A stretch of DNA of 64,000 bases, from the IMG/VR virus record IMGVR_UViG_3300029305_001279, one strand, 5' to 3'. Numbering within the stretch: the first letter of the stretch is position 1; every line of letters begins with the position of its first letter. This DNA is from a virus. The position numbers were made by a program, and so were the translations under genes. Positions 33,859 through 42,738 of the stretch are shown here, piece by piece. A model generated the notes under the pieces. The model was not told the DNA's origin and did no database searches. It saw only the letters and a list, made by a program, of their open reading frames with translations.

Positions 33859-35109
33859 ATGAACCCTGAAACCAGACCCGAGCTGGAGCAGCTGTTCAAA
33901 AGCATCCAAACCTTTGAAAGCCTGCAGATGGCTGCGGATAACCGGGAAAAGATGTACCGGTATAACGATGCACTGATGCAGTCCCTCTACAGCATTCTGG
34001 AGGATCAGGAAGCCGATGAACAGACCAAGCTGCAGTTCCTGGATGATACCCTGAGCCAGTACGCGGCAGCCATGAAGGAGCTGTTCCCGAAGATCATCGC
34101 AAAGCCGGTCCAGAAGGCTGAAGCCGAGGACCAGTTTGACGTGATCGAGGAAGTGACGAAGTTTAACCCCTATCACGACGAGAAGGGCCGCTTCTCCACA
34201 GCGGACCGCTACGACCAGTTCACCATCACCACCCGCGACCCCAATAAGCAGCACTGGGCTGATGCAGCTGCAGCTCGTGAAAAAGATCGGGATGCCAAGG
34301 GCCTCATTCCTGGCCCCAAGATCAAGCCGGGCACCCTGCCCGAGGACCTGCCGAAGGACAAGCCCAAGAAAGAACCCCAGGCAGCTAACCATCCTGCACC
34401 TGCACCGACGAACACCACCACGAACCTGAATGCCGAAGTCCTGGCAACCTGCCAGGGAGTGGAGGCCAAATCCGTCAAGCTCAAGAATGAGAAGTTGACG
34501 CTGGTCAACGAGAGCGGAGAGATCGTCCATGAGAAGCGCGGCGGCAGAGGCAGCGTGTCCATTGATTCTGCTATCGCTGCAAAGATGGGCGAGAATGTCA
34601 CACTCACCCACAACCATCCCGGCGAGTTCGGCGGTACGTTCTCCGGTGCGGATGTGAATATCCTCACGAAGTACAACCTCCGGTCCATCCGGGCTGTTGG
34701 CAACGAAGGAACCTACTCTCTGGAACGCACCAGCCAGACCATGGGCCTGAAAGCATCGACATTCAACCGTGACTATGGCGCACTCTCTGATAAGACCAAT
34801 CGCAGCATCAAGTCTGAATATAAGAAGATGCGGTCGAAGGTCCTGAGCGGTGATATGTCGGCGGATGATGCCAACAGACAGCTGGCGGAGCACCGTACCG
34901 CTCAGTGCAACCAGATGCACGATTGGCTGTCGCAGAACGCATCCAAGTACGGCTTCAACTACGTCTTCACACCCAGTACCGGAGGTGTTACGAAAATGTT
35001 TGACATCGAGAAAGAGGAAGAGGAAGTCCTGGAAACCACCGGCGAGGATATGCTGGATGGCGAGTTCATGAGCGGTGACAACTGGATGATTAAGGACTCC
35101 GAAGAATAA
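33859..35109 (+). CDS. head-associated protein with KFNPYHD leader and JAB-like HNHP domain
   Basis: 416 aa; ...EDQFDVIEEVTKFNPYHDEKGRFSTADRYDQFTITTRDPNKQHWADAAAAREKDR..., Pro/Lys linker, TLTHNHPGEFGGTFSGAD; paralogous to modules of 28467..31280. Confidence 0.65.
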   Translation: MNPETRPELEQLFKSIQTFESLQMAADNREKMYRYNDALMQSLYSILEDQEADEQTKLQFLDDTLSQYAAAMKELFPKIIAKPVQKAEAEDQFDVIEEVTKFNPYHDEKGRFSTADRYDQFTITTRDPNKQHWADAAAAREKDRDAKGLIPGPKIKPGTLPEDLPKDKPKKEPQAANHPAPAPTNTTTNLNAEVLATCQGVEAKSVKLKNEKLTLVNESGEIVHEKRGGRGSVSIDSAIAAKMGENVTLTHNHPGEFGGTFSGADVNILTKYNLRSIRAVGNEGTYSLERTSQTMGLKASTFNRDYGALSDKTNRSIKSEYKKMRSKVLSGDMSADDANRQLAEHRTAQCNQMHDWLSQNASKYGFNYVFTPSTGGVTKMFDIEKEEEEVLETTGEDMLDGEFMSGDNWMIKDSEE

Positions 35110-35168
35110 CCACAATCAAGTAATCCAGGCCCACGGGCCAGAAAATAAACCGAAAGGAAGTACCCAAA

Positions 35169-35753
35169 ATGAGCGCATACAAAATCGACAAGACCAAGTT
35201 TGACGCGGAAGATCTGGGACACTGGAACCGGCTGATTGCCAAGGGCATGGTCCAGGTTGACCCCGCAGAGGACGACCACCTGGAGGACCCCGCAGCACCT
35301 GCTGTCGAGAAGTCCGCACCCACTGAGGTCCAGCTGCCTGACTTCGTCAAGGACGCTATCGCCAAGAGCGAGCAGTTCATCGAAGAGCAGAAGAAGAAGG
35401 AGCAGGTTGAGCTGGCCAAGAAGTACGACATCCTGGGCGAGAAGCCCGAGGAGCTGGGCCAGAAGCTGTACGATCTGAAGAAGTCCGACGAGGCTATGTA
35501 CAACACCGTCATTGCTACCCTGGACAAGCAGGTGGCTCTGATCGAGAAGTCTCCTCTGTTCGCTGAGATCGGCAAGTCCGGCCACTCCGGCGGCAGCTAC
35601 AACGGCCTGCACGGTGCTGAAGCAAAGGCTGACGCAAAGGCCCAGGAGATCATGAAGGCTGACCCCCGCATGAGCTACACCGAAGCTATCGCCAAGGCCT
35701 GGGAAGATCCCGCACTGGCAGCTGAATATGATGCCGAATACTACGGCAACTAA
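35169..35753 (+). CDS. putative scaffolding protein
   Basis: 194 aa, acidic/helical, two genes upstream of the major capsid protein gene (decoration gene 35771 lies between); positional call. Confidence 0.5.
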   Translation: MSAYKIDKTKFDAEDLGHWNRLIAKGMVQVDPAEDDHLEDPAAPAVEKSAPTEVQLPDFVKDAIAKSEQFIEEQKKKEQVELAKKYDILGEKPEELGQKLYDLKKSDEAMYNTVIATLDKQVALIEKSPLFAEIGKSGHSGGSYNGLHGAEAKADAKAQEIMKADPRMSYTEAIAKAWEDPALAAEYDAEYYGN

Positions 35754-35770
35754 GAAAGGAGCAACCAACC

Positions 35771-36199
35771 ATGGCAAGAAAGCGTAACTACCGCGGCGTC
35801 CAGTTCAATCAGTCTCCTACCATCGTGGAGCTGGCTGGCGCCAAGATCGAGGATGTCCGCAACCTCATCATGAAGTATGACGGCAACGGCAACGTTGTCC
35901 TCGCTACCGCTGGTACCGATATTCCCGTCGGCATCGCTCTGATCGAAACCGGCTACAACGACATCACCGGCCAGACTTCCGGCATGGTCGAGGTCGGCGA
36001 CAACGTCGATATCCTGATTAAGGATCGCGGCGTGGTTCTGGCTGGCGCTACCATCAAGAAGGGCCAGGAGGTCGCTGCCGGTGCAAACGGCATGGCTGCC
36101 GTCGCCGCTTCTGGCAACTACGTTCTGGGCATCGCCCTGGGTAACGCCAACGAAGGCGAGTACCTGGAGGTCCAGATCGCCAAGTATCAGAAAGCCTAA
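35771..36199 (+). CDS. DUF2190-like head decoration/cement protein
   Basis: 142 aa; Gly/Ala/Val-rich beta protein (VGIALIETG..., YVLGIALGNANEGEYLEVQI) in the usual slot before a gpE-type capsid gene. Confidence 0.55.
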   Translation: MARKRNYRGVQFNQSPTIVELAGAKIEDVRNLIMKYDGNGNVVLATAGTDIPVGIALIETGYNDITGQTSGMVEVGDNVDILIKDRGVVLAGATIKKGQEVAAGANGMAAVAASGNYVLGIALGNANEGEYLEVQIAKYQKA

Positions 36200-36223
36200 T
36201 AACTCTACAAGGAGGCAATAACA

Positions 36224-37255
36224 ATGAGCAACATTACACCTGCACAGATCAATGCGCAGATCGCTAAGGGCGCATTCCGCCCCCACACCATGCTGTCCAA
36301 CATGGCTCTGAACTACTTCCAGGGCTTCAACAACTACTTTGCCCGCGGCATCTTCCCCATCGTCCGCGTCCGTATGTCTGCTGACAACTACGTTCGCTGG
36401 AGCCTGGAAGACCTGCTGCGTAACAACTGGCAGCTGAAGCCCGCCTACGGTAAGGTCACTCCTACCGTCATCGGCGAAGACTCCGACACCTACGCGGTTA
36501 AGGTGTACCAGGACATCCGCGGCATCGACGAGATCCGCGAGACTGACATCAGCCGCCGTCAGGGTCCTTCCGCATTCAACGACTCCCGCAAGTGGCTGAC
36601 TAAGGTCATCGCTGAGGGTGCCAACATCAAGCAGGACATCGACTTCGCCAACAAGTTCTTCCGCACCGGTGCCTGGACCAACGAGTGGACCGGCAAGGAC
36701 GACACCAACGTTTCCGGCAAGGAGTTCATCAAGTGGAGCAACGACAACTCCGATCCCATCACCTTCGTGGCTGACCGCGCTCTGGAGATGCTGGAGAAGA
36801 CCGGCCGCAAGCCCAACCGCATGGCCATGGGCGCCAACGTCATGAACGCCCTGCGTAAGCACCCCGCTATCCTGGACCGCATCAAGTACGGTGGTACCTC
36901 TGCCAACCCCGCTCAGGTCAACATCAATGCCCTGAAGTCTCTGTTCGAGATGGATCACCTGACTGTCATGCAGTCCATCCACAACCCTGCCGCTCTGGGC
37001 GCCGAGGCCGATGTTCAGTTCATCGCTGATCCCGACGCCATCCTGCTGGCATACGCGCCTGAGACTCCTTCTCTGCGTGAGCCTTCCGCTGGCTACATCT
37101 TCCAGTGGGATATGCTGGGCGATGGTCAGATCATGCCTATGTTCCAGTTCAAGGGTGAGGGCGGTACCCACTCCGAGTTCATCGAAGGTCTGATGGCCTA
37201 CGACATGAAGAAGACTGCTGACGACCTGGCTGTGTTCTGCTCCGGCGTCGTGTAA
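36224..37255 (+). CDS. major capsid protein (lambda gpE-like family)
   Basis: 343 aa; size, position and segments such as RKPNRMAMGANVMNALRKHPAILDRIKYGGTSANP fit the Phage_cap_E family. Confidence 0.75.
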   Translation: MSNITPAQINAQIAKGAFRPHTMLSNMALNYFQGFNNYFARGIFPIVRVRMSADNYVRWSLEDLLRNNWQLKPAYGKVTPTVIGEDSDTYAVKVYQDIRGIDEIRETDISRRQGPSAFNDSRKWLTKVIAEGANIKQDIDFANKFFRTGAWTNEWTGKDDTNVSGKEFIKWSNDNSDPITFVADRALEMLEKTGRKPNRMAMGANVMNALRKHPAILDRIKYGGTSANPAQVNINALKSLFEMDHLTVMQSIHNPAALGAEADVQFIADPDAILLAYAPETPSLREPSAGYIFQWDMLGDGQIMPMFQFKGEGGTHSEFIEGLMAYDMKKTADDLAVFCSGVV

Positions 37256-37267
37256 GGAGGAATCGCA

Positions 37268-37696
37268 ATGAAGCTGATCGCAAAAATGCCTTGCAGCTTC
37301 GGTGGCGAGCGTTTCTACATCGGTGACGAGATCCCTGTTGAGTTGGTCAAGGAACCGAAAACCCAGGAGAAGTACGGCAAGCTGGCAATCGTCAATGACG
37401 AAGCCATTACTGCTGTGATGGACCCTGCTGAACCCGGTGGCGATGCCACCGTGGTTCTCCTGGTCATCTCCGGCAGGGAAATGGAACTGTCTCCCGAAAG
37501 CATCCAGATTGCGATGGATGTCCTCACTGACAATGCTGAAGGTGCCGCACAGCGCATCAATCAGATTGACAGCGACGACATTCTGTTCCTGCTGAATGCT
37601 GCCGATTCCCGCAAGACTGTTAAGACAGCGGCAAAGGCCCGTGCTCAGGCACTCATGGAAGCACAGGAGGGCGTAGAGAGCGAAGGTGACCAGTAA
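37268..37696 (+). CDS. hypothetical head-module protein
   Basis: 142 aa behind TAAGGAGG; no family recognised. Confidence 0.45.
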   Translation: MKLIAKMPCSFGGERFYIGDEIPVELVKEPKTQEKYGKLAIVNDEAITAVMDPAEPGGDATVVLLVISGREMELSPESIQIAMDVLTDNAEGAAQRINQIDSDDILFLLNAADSRKTVKTAAKARAQALMEAQEGVESEGDQ

Positions 37697-38106
37697 TGGC
37701 CAACTACTCCTATGACCCTTCAAAAATCACAGAGGGCGGCATGGATCAGATGCGATTCGAGCTGGGCGACACCGTCGTCTACATGGACGGCATCGTCAGT
37801 CCCCTCTGTGACGAAGAATACAATGCGATTCTCGCCAAGCACGGCAAGAACTGGCGCAAAGCCAAGCTGCTGTGCCTGGAGGCAATCTGCATGAAGCTGT
37901 CCTACGAGGTCAATACCAGTATCGATGGTCTGTCCTACTCTCTGAATGAACGGTACGACCGCTTCAAGAAGATGCGGGACGACCTGAAGAAGGAACTGGC
38001 CGCTATCGGGGGTGTGCCGGTAGCCGGAAACCCGGCAAGCCTCAGCCCCCATGGCGGTACCCCGTATTATTACAACGACATGCACACCAATCGCCGCAAA
38101 TTCTGA
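37696..38106 (+). CDS. putative head-tail connector/adaptor protein
   Basis: 136 aa, ATG overlaps upstream stop (TAATG); positional call. Confidence 0.35.
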   Translation: MANYSYDPSKITEGGMDQMRFELGDTVVYMDGIVSPLCDEEYNAILAKHGKNWRKAKLLCLEAICMKLSYEVNTSIDGLSYSLNERYDRFKKMRDDLKKELAAIGGVPVAGNPASLSPHGGTPYYYNDMHTNRRKF

Positions 38107-38124
38107 CAGAAGGAGCTGATCCCC

Positions 38125-38487
38125 ATGTTCTTCCGCTCAATGCTCCGCCCCGGTGAGGGATTCAAGCTGTTCAAGGTTCTCCGCAAGGAGGGCGGCAAGA
38201 CCGAAAAAGGCCGGCCGACCACATCCGTGCTCAAACCGCAGGGTGAATTCTACGGGATCATCTCCAAGACGGATCCTACGGAAACCGACCAGCACAAGCA
38301 GGTCGGTTCTCCGAAGAAGTACACCATCGTGCAGCGTGGGACGAAGAACCAGGCGAGGGCGGGCGATATCCTGGAGCACGAGGATGGCAGGCAGTTCATG
38401 GTCAAGGGAGATCCCAAGGACCCTGGCGGCCTGGGCCACTTTTCCGTCTACAAGGTCGAGGAAAGGGATGATGTGAATGGGCGTTAG
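38125..38487 (+). CDS. putative head closure protein
   Basis: 120 aa behind GAAGGAG; positional call. Confidence 0.35.
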   Translation: MFFRSMLRPGEGFKLFKVLRKEGGKTEKGRPTTSVLKPQGEFYGIISKTDPTETDQHKQVGSPKKYTIVQRGTKNQARAGDILEHEDGRQFMVKGDPKDPGGLGHFSVYKVEERDDVNGR

Positions 38488-38923
38488 AATCACCTATTCC
38501 GTCCCCCTGGACGAGGCCATCGAGGATACTGTGAAGCGCATCCGGCAGCAAGTGGAGGCCCGCTCCTCCGAAGCCGCCAACGAGCTCCGCAATTCCTCCC
38601 TCGAAATCCTGCGTGGCCAGCGCAGCGGCAGACGGTACCGAGTGCCCGGGAAAAAGGTGTATTACACCGCATCCGCACCCGGCGAGCCGCCTGCAGCACG
38701 CTCCGGTCTGTTCCGCATTTCCTGGCAGCCCACGGCCCTCAAAGAGGGAGACACCTACATTTCCAGAATCGAGAGCGACCGCCGTATCAAAATCGGCTTA
38801 CTCGGTCAGGTTTTGGAAGAGGGCACGCCCGGAGGCCAGATGGCACCGCGACCCCACCAGGAGCGGATCCTGAAAGACGCGGAACCGAAGATCGTCCGGA
38901 TCTACTCCGAACCTTACTACTAA
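38477..38923 (+). CDS. HK97 gp10-like tail-attachment protein
   Basis: 148 aa; SAPGEPPAARSGLFRISW resembles the conserved GxPP..rTG.L..S block of the HK97 gp10 family. Confidence 0.5.
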   Translation: MGVRITYSVPLDEAIEDTVKRIRQQVEARSSEAANELRNSSLEILRGQRSGRRYRVPGKKVYYTASAPGEPPAARSGLFRISWQPTALKEGDTYISRIESDRRIKIGLLGQVLEEGTPGGQMAPRPHQERILKDAEPKIVRIYSEPYY

Positions 38924-38934
38924 GGAGCATCCCC

Positions 38935-39813
38935 ATGATCGAACAAGCGCTGCTTACACACCTCTCCGCACAGACGGAACTCACCGACTTCCTCACCACC
39001 TATGCTGATGAACCGGCGGTCTTCAATCAGGAGGCCCCGGCAGATTCGGACGCTGGATGGGCGTCCGGCCCTCAGTACGGACGGATCGTGTTTTCCGTGG
39101 ACATCCAGGGAGATCCCGCTCGTACCCTGGGCGGCCTCCTGTCCGTGGACATCATGTGCAAAGAGGATGAACAGTACCCGGAGGACATCGAGCCCATCGT
39201 CCGCAAGCTGATCCACGGGTACTTCTTCTCCAGCGGCACCTTCACGGTAGCCGCGCAATTCAAGAATTCCAACTACTTCACCCAGCCGACTGACCATGTC
39301 ACCGGCTGCACCGTCTCCTTTGACCTGCTGGCATTCCCTGTCCTGACCACCAACGGCCTGAATGCAATCGCACGGCTGAACGAGTGGACCAGCGAGATCG
39401 GCGGCCTTTACGTCATCAACCATGACGAGCTGCCTGCTCCCGCCTGGAAGCCCGGACCCGGAGAAAGCGCGGTCTACTGGCGCTGCCTCCATGTCGGTCC
39501 TTCCGGAAGAATCCGGGACAGATACGCTACCATCTGGCGTACCGCTACCATCAAGGGCCACATCTTCTCCGAGGATCTGGCAACCGCTAACGATGTGGCA
39601 GAAGAGATCATCTTCCGCCTGTATGCGGATAAACGGATCCTGAAGACCGGAGAATCCCCGATCATGGTGGATGACCGGAATACCCTGGACAACGGCGCAG
39701 ACCCGCTCAAGACTGGTCAGGTGACCGTAGAGGCTACATACGGTATCAACCGTTACCAAAAAACCGACCAAATGATCCAACACATCCATAAGGAAAGAAA
39801 GGAGACCTTGTAA
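38935..39813 (+). CDS. hypothetical tail-completion-region protein
   Basis: 292 aa behind TAAGGAG, directly upstream of the sheath module. Confidence 0.4.
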   Translation: MIEQALLTHLSAQTELTDFLTTYADEPAVFNQEAPADSDAGWASGPQYGRIVFSVDIQGDPARTLGGLLSVDIMCKEDEQYPEDIEPIVRKLIHGYFFSSGTFTVAAQFKNSNYFTQPTDHVTGCTVSFDLLAFPVLTTNGLNAIARLNEWTSEIGGLYVINHDELPAPAWKPGPGESAVYWRCLHVGPSGRIRDRYATIWRTATIKGHIFSEDLATANDVAEEIIFRLYADKRILKTGESPIMVDDRNTLDNGADPLKTGQVTVEATYGINRYQKTDQMIQHIHKERKETL

Positions 39814-40019
39814 TGGCAAGCAATCCCAAGGCCACCGTGGCAAAGGCCGCTCCCGCTGAGAGCGTCTATACTGCTGCCGAGCTGGCCGCCAACTACAAGC
39901 TGTTCGGCGTCAACCGCGACATTGTCGTCGTAGCCCTGCGTAAGGCTGGCAAGAAAGAAGCCACCTTCACCGAGGCAAAGGCCATCGTCGATAAGTTCAA
40001 AACCAAGGAGGTCAAGTAA
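39813..40019 (+). CDS. hypothetical small protein
   Basis: 68 aa, Ala/Lys-rich, TAATG overlap with the upstream gene. Confidence 0.4.
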   Translation: MASNPKATVAKAAPAESVYTAAELAANYKLFGVNRDIVVVALRKAGKKEATFTEAKAIVDKFKTKEVK

Positions 40020-40022
40020 CCC

Positions 40023-41456
40023 ATGGCTATTTTCTTCAAAGAGGGCGAAATCAAGAAGCGCCCTGGCGTATACCAGCGCCACACCAACACCGGCTTCTCC
40101 AAGCCTGCCTCTGCCAATGACGGCATCTGCGCCATCCCCATCCAGGCCGCATGGGGTCCTCTCGGCAAGGTTCTGAAGAACGTTTCTGAGGCAGATCTGC
40201 GCAACAACTACGGCACCGGAACCTATGGTGCCGGCTTCACCGTGCCTGCTGCTTCCGCCATGTTTGACGGCGGCGCATCCACCGTCTACACCTACCGTCT
40301 GGGTGACGGCGGCACTGCTGCCAGCCTGGAACTCGTAGAAGGTGCAGAAGGTGCGACAGGCCTGACCGTTACTGCCAAGTATGTCGGCACCATGCCCATC
40401 AGCGTTGCTGTCCAGAAAAAGCTCGGCGCCGCTGACAAGAAGCAGTTCCTGGTGTATGTCGGCTCCACTCAGGTCGAGATCTGGGAGTTCGCAGCTGATA
40501 CCAAGGCTGAGGGTGCAAACCTGATCGCCGCAACCGCCAAGTCCAAGTACATCACCGTGACCGGCGCGGCCGCTGTCGTTGCGGAACTGGCTGTGGCTTC
40601 CGGTGCGCTGACCGGCGGTGTCAATCCTACCGTTACCAACGAGGACTATTCCAAGGCCTTTGCCGCTCTGGAACCCTTCTACTACAACTGCATCGCCCTG
40701 GACGTGGCTGATGATAAAGACATGACCCTGAGCCTGCTGCTGCAGGAATACCTGGACGCAGCCTATCTGCTGGGTAAGCTGGGCATGGCCGTCGTCGGCG
40801 AACCCACTACCCAGGATTTCGAGATCCGTCTGGCACATGCACAGGCATTCAACGATGCCAAGGTCGTCTACCTGGGCAGCGGCTACATGACCGGCAACAA
40901 TGCCAAGGACGGCGTGATGGCTATCTGCTACACTGCCGGTGTCATCGCTTCCACTCCTTCCAACCAGGGCATCACCCACAAGATCATCGACGGTGCTACC
41001 GACCTGTGCGAGTCCCGCACCTTCGCTGAGTACGAAGCTGCCATCGCTTCCGGTATGCTGATGATCTCCATGTCCACCGACGGCAACGTCTGGTATGACT
41101 CCGGTGTCAACACCCTGACCACTCCCGAAACCGGTACCCAGGATGAAGGCTGGAAGAAGATCCGCCGCACCAAGACCCGTTTCGAGATGATCGACCGCAT
41201 CGACCGCGTGCTGAACCCCAAGGTCGGCCGCGTGTCTGCTGATACCGACGGCATCGCCGATATCATCCAGACTGCACAGAGCGTGCTGAATGCCATGGTC
41301 ACTGAGGGCAAGCTGCTCGCCGGCGCTACCTTCATGGAAGATCCCGCCAACCCCCACGAGGGCGACAGCGCCTGGTTCGTCATCCAGTCTGACGACATCG
41401 ACAGCCTGGAGATGATCTACCTGCAGTACCAGTTCCGCTACAGCCAGAATTCCTAA
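40023..41456 (+). CDS. contractile tail sheath protein (XkdK-like)
   Basis: 477 aa; N-terminus KKRPGVYQR..., size and position before an XkdM-like tube gene. Confidence 0.8.
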   Translation: MAIFFKEGEIKKRPGVYQRHTNTGFSKPASANDGICAIPIQAAWGPLGKVLKNVSEADLRNNYGTGTYGAGFTVPAASAMFDGGASTVYTYRLGDGGTAASLELVEGAEGATGLTVTAKYVGTMPISVAVQKKLGAADKKQFLVYVGSTQVEIWEFAADTKAEGANLIAATAKSKYITVTGAAAVVAELAVASGALTGGVNPTVTNEDYSKAFAALEPFYYNCIALDVADDKDMTLSLLLQEYLDAAYLLGKLGMAVVGEPTTQDFEIRLAHAQAFNDAKVVYLGSGYMTGNNAKDGVMAICYTAGVIASTPSNQGITHKIIDGATDLCESRTFAEYEAAIASGMLMISMSTDGNVWYDSGVNTLTTPETGTQDEGWKKIRRTKTRFEMIDRIDRVLNPKVGRVSADTDGIADIIQTAQSVLNAMVTEGKLLAGATFMEDPANPHEGDSAWFVIQSDDIDSLEMIYLQYQFRYSQNS

Positions 41457-41473
41457 GAGAGGAGATGTAACGT

Positions 41474-41935
41474 ATGAAAACACTGAATACCCAGGAGCTG
41501 ATGAAGGGCACTGACGGCCTGCTGTTCGTCGAGTACGAAGGCGTCAACGTTCCTCTGCTCGAAATCGAGAACTTCTCCGTCAGCATGAACTTCAACGCTG
41601 TGGATAAGCAGTACGTCGGCAACCCCGTCGTCCAGTCCGTCCCCACCGGCGTTGCCTTCAATCTGACATTCACCGAGTCCGTTGTCCGCGACGAGCCCAT
41701 CATCAATGTCATCCTGGATCACCTGAAGAGAGGCAAGTTCCCCGTCTTCAAGTTCCAGGGCAAGCTGGAGAAGCCCGACGGCCAGGAGCAGCGTTATGCC
41801 TTCAATAACGCCGTGCCCAATGGCAACTTCGGCCTGATGAACGTCACTCCCGGCGAAATCGTTTCCCGTGAGCAGAACTACACCCTGAACGAGATCCCCG
41901 ACATCATCTCTTCCATCGCATCCACTTACCTGTAA
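41474..41935 (+). CDS. tail tube protein (XkdM-like)
   Basis: 153 aa; ...LLFVEYEGVNVPLLEIENFSVSMNFNAVDKQYVGNP.. fits the XkdM family and its position. Confidence 0.75.
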   Translation: MKTLNTQELMKGTDGLLFVEYEGVNVPLLEIENFSVSMNFNAVDKQYVGNPVVQSVPTGVAFNLTFTESVVRDEPIINVILDHLKRGKFPVFKFQGKLEKPDGQEQRYAFNNAVPNGNFGLMNVTPGEIVSREQNYTLNEIPDIISSIASTYL

Positions 41936-41953
41936 TCTGAATGCAACACCATA

Positions 41954-41980
41954 AAGAGGCCCCTGCGTTAGGGGCCTCTT
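41954..41980 (+). terminator. 10-bp hairpin after the tube gene (weak terminator/attenuator)
   Basis: aagaggcccc-tgcgtta-ggggcctctt; no strong T tract after it. Confidence 0.35.
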
Positions 41981-42005
41981 CCAAAACATTAAGGAGGACA
42001 ACATT

Positions 42006-42515
42006 ATGGCAACCCAGAAAAAGGAAAACGTAACCGGCCTGGAACAGGCCAACAACCCCATCGAAGCAGAGAAGGACCTGCTGCAGACCCTGTTCGACGC
42101 AGCTGACTTCAAGAACGAGGATGTCTACGAGCTCGACATTACCCGCAAGGGCAAGGTCATGTTTACGCTGCACGTCCATCCCATCAGCGACAGCGATGCG
42201 GCACAGGCTCGTAAGCAGGCAACCAAGTTCAAGGACCATCCCCAGGGCAAGAAGTACGGCAAGGTCGAAATCGGCTTTGACAACTCCAAGTTCAAGAGCT
42301 GGCTGATCTACCTGGCTACCACTGAGGATGACCAGCAGAAGATCTGGGGCAACAAAGAATTCATGAGAAAGTTCGGACTGATGGAACCCTGGGAGAGCAT
42401 CGACAAGATCCTGACCCTGGGCGACAAGAGCAAGCTGCTCGACAAGATCACTGACATCAGCGGCCTCGACGATGAAGACGAGGAAGCAATGGATGATGTG
42501 ACGTTTCAGTCTTAA
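42006..42515 (+). CDS. tail assembly chaperone (XkdN-like)
   Basis: 169 aa, acidic C-terminus, between the tube and tape measure genes. Confidence 0.65.
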   Translation: MATQKKENVTGLEQANNPIEAEKDLLQTLFDAADFKNEDVYELDITRKGKVMFTLHVHPISDSDAAQARKQATKFKDHPQGKKYGKVEIGFDNSKFKSWLIYLATTEDDQQKIWGNKEFMRKFGLMEPWESIDKILTLGDKSKLLDKITDISGLDDEDEEAMDDVTFQS

Positions 42516-42738
42516 ACTGATAGAGGAAGGCGGCCTGTCGTTCTACGCACACTACGCCTTCCAAAACCTACACATCGAACCCGGTGTCTTTTTGGGACTC
42601 CGGACACGGAATGACAGAGTCACGGATGGAGAGCGGTCCTTCATGATCGCCTCCATCCGCAAGGCTCTGGAAGAGGGGGACACCCCAATAAAATGCAGAC
42701 ATTTCAGCAACAAGAATAATCAGGGAGGTGCGTCATAA
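42502..42738 (+). CDS. start-less +1-frame ORF overlapping the chaperone end (candidate frameshift extension)
   Basis: Open from 42502 in the +1 frame: RFSLKLIEEGGLSFYAHYAFQNLHIEPGVFLGL...ERSFMIASIRKALEEG...; no ATG/GTG with SD near its 5' end; stop overlaps the tape measure ATG (TAATG). Confidence 0.4.
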   Translation, partial: RFSLKLIEEGGLSFYAHYAFQNLHIEPGVFLGLRTRNDRVTDGERSFMIASIRKALEEGDTPIKCRHFSNKNNQGGAS

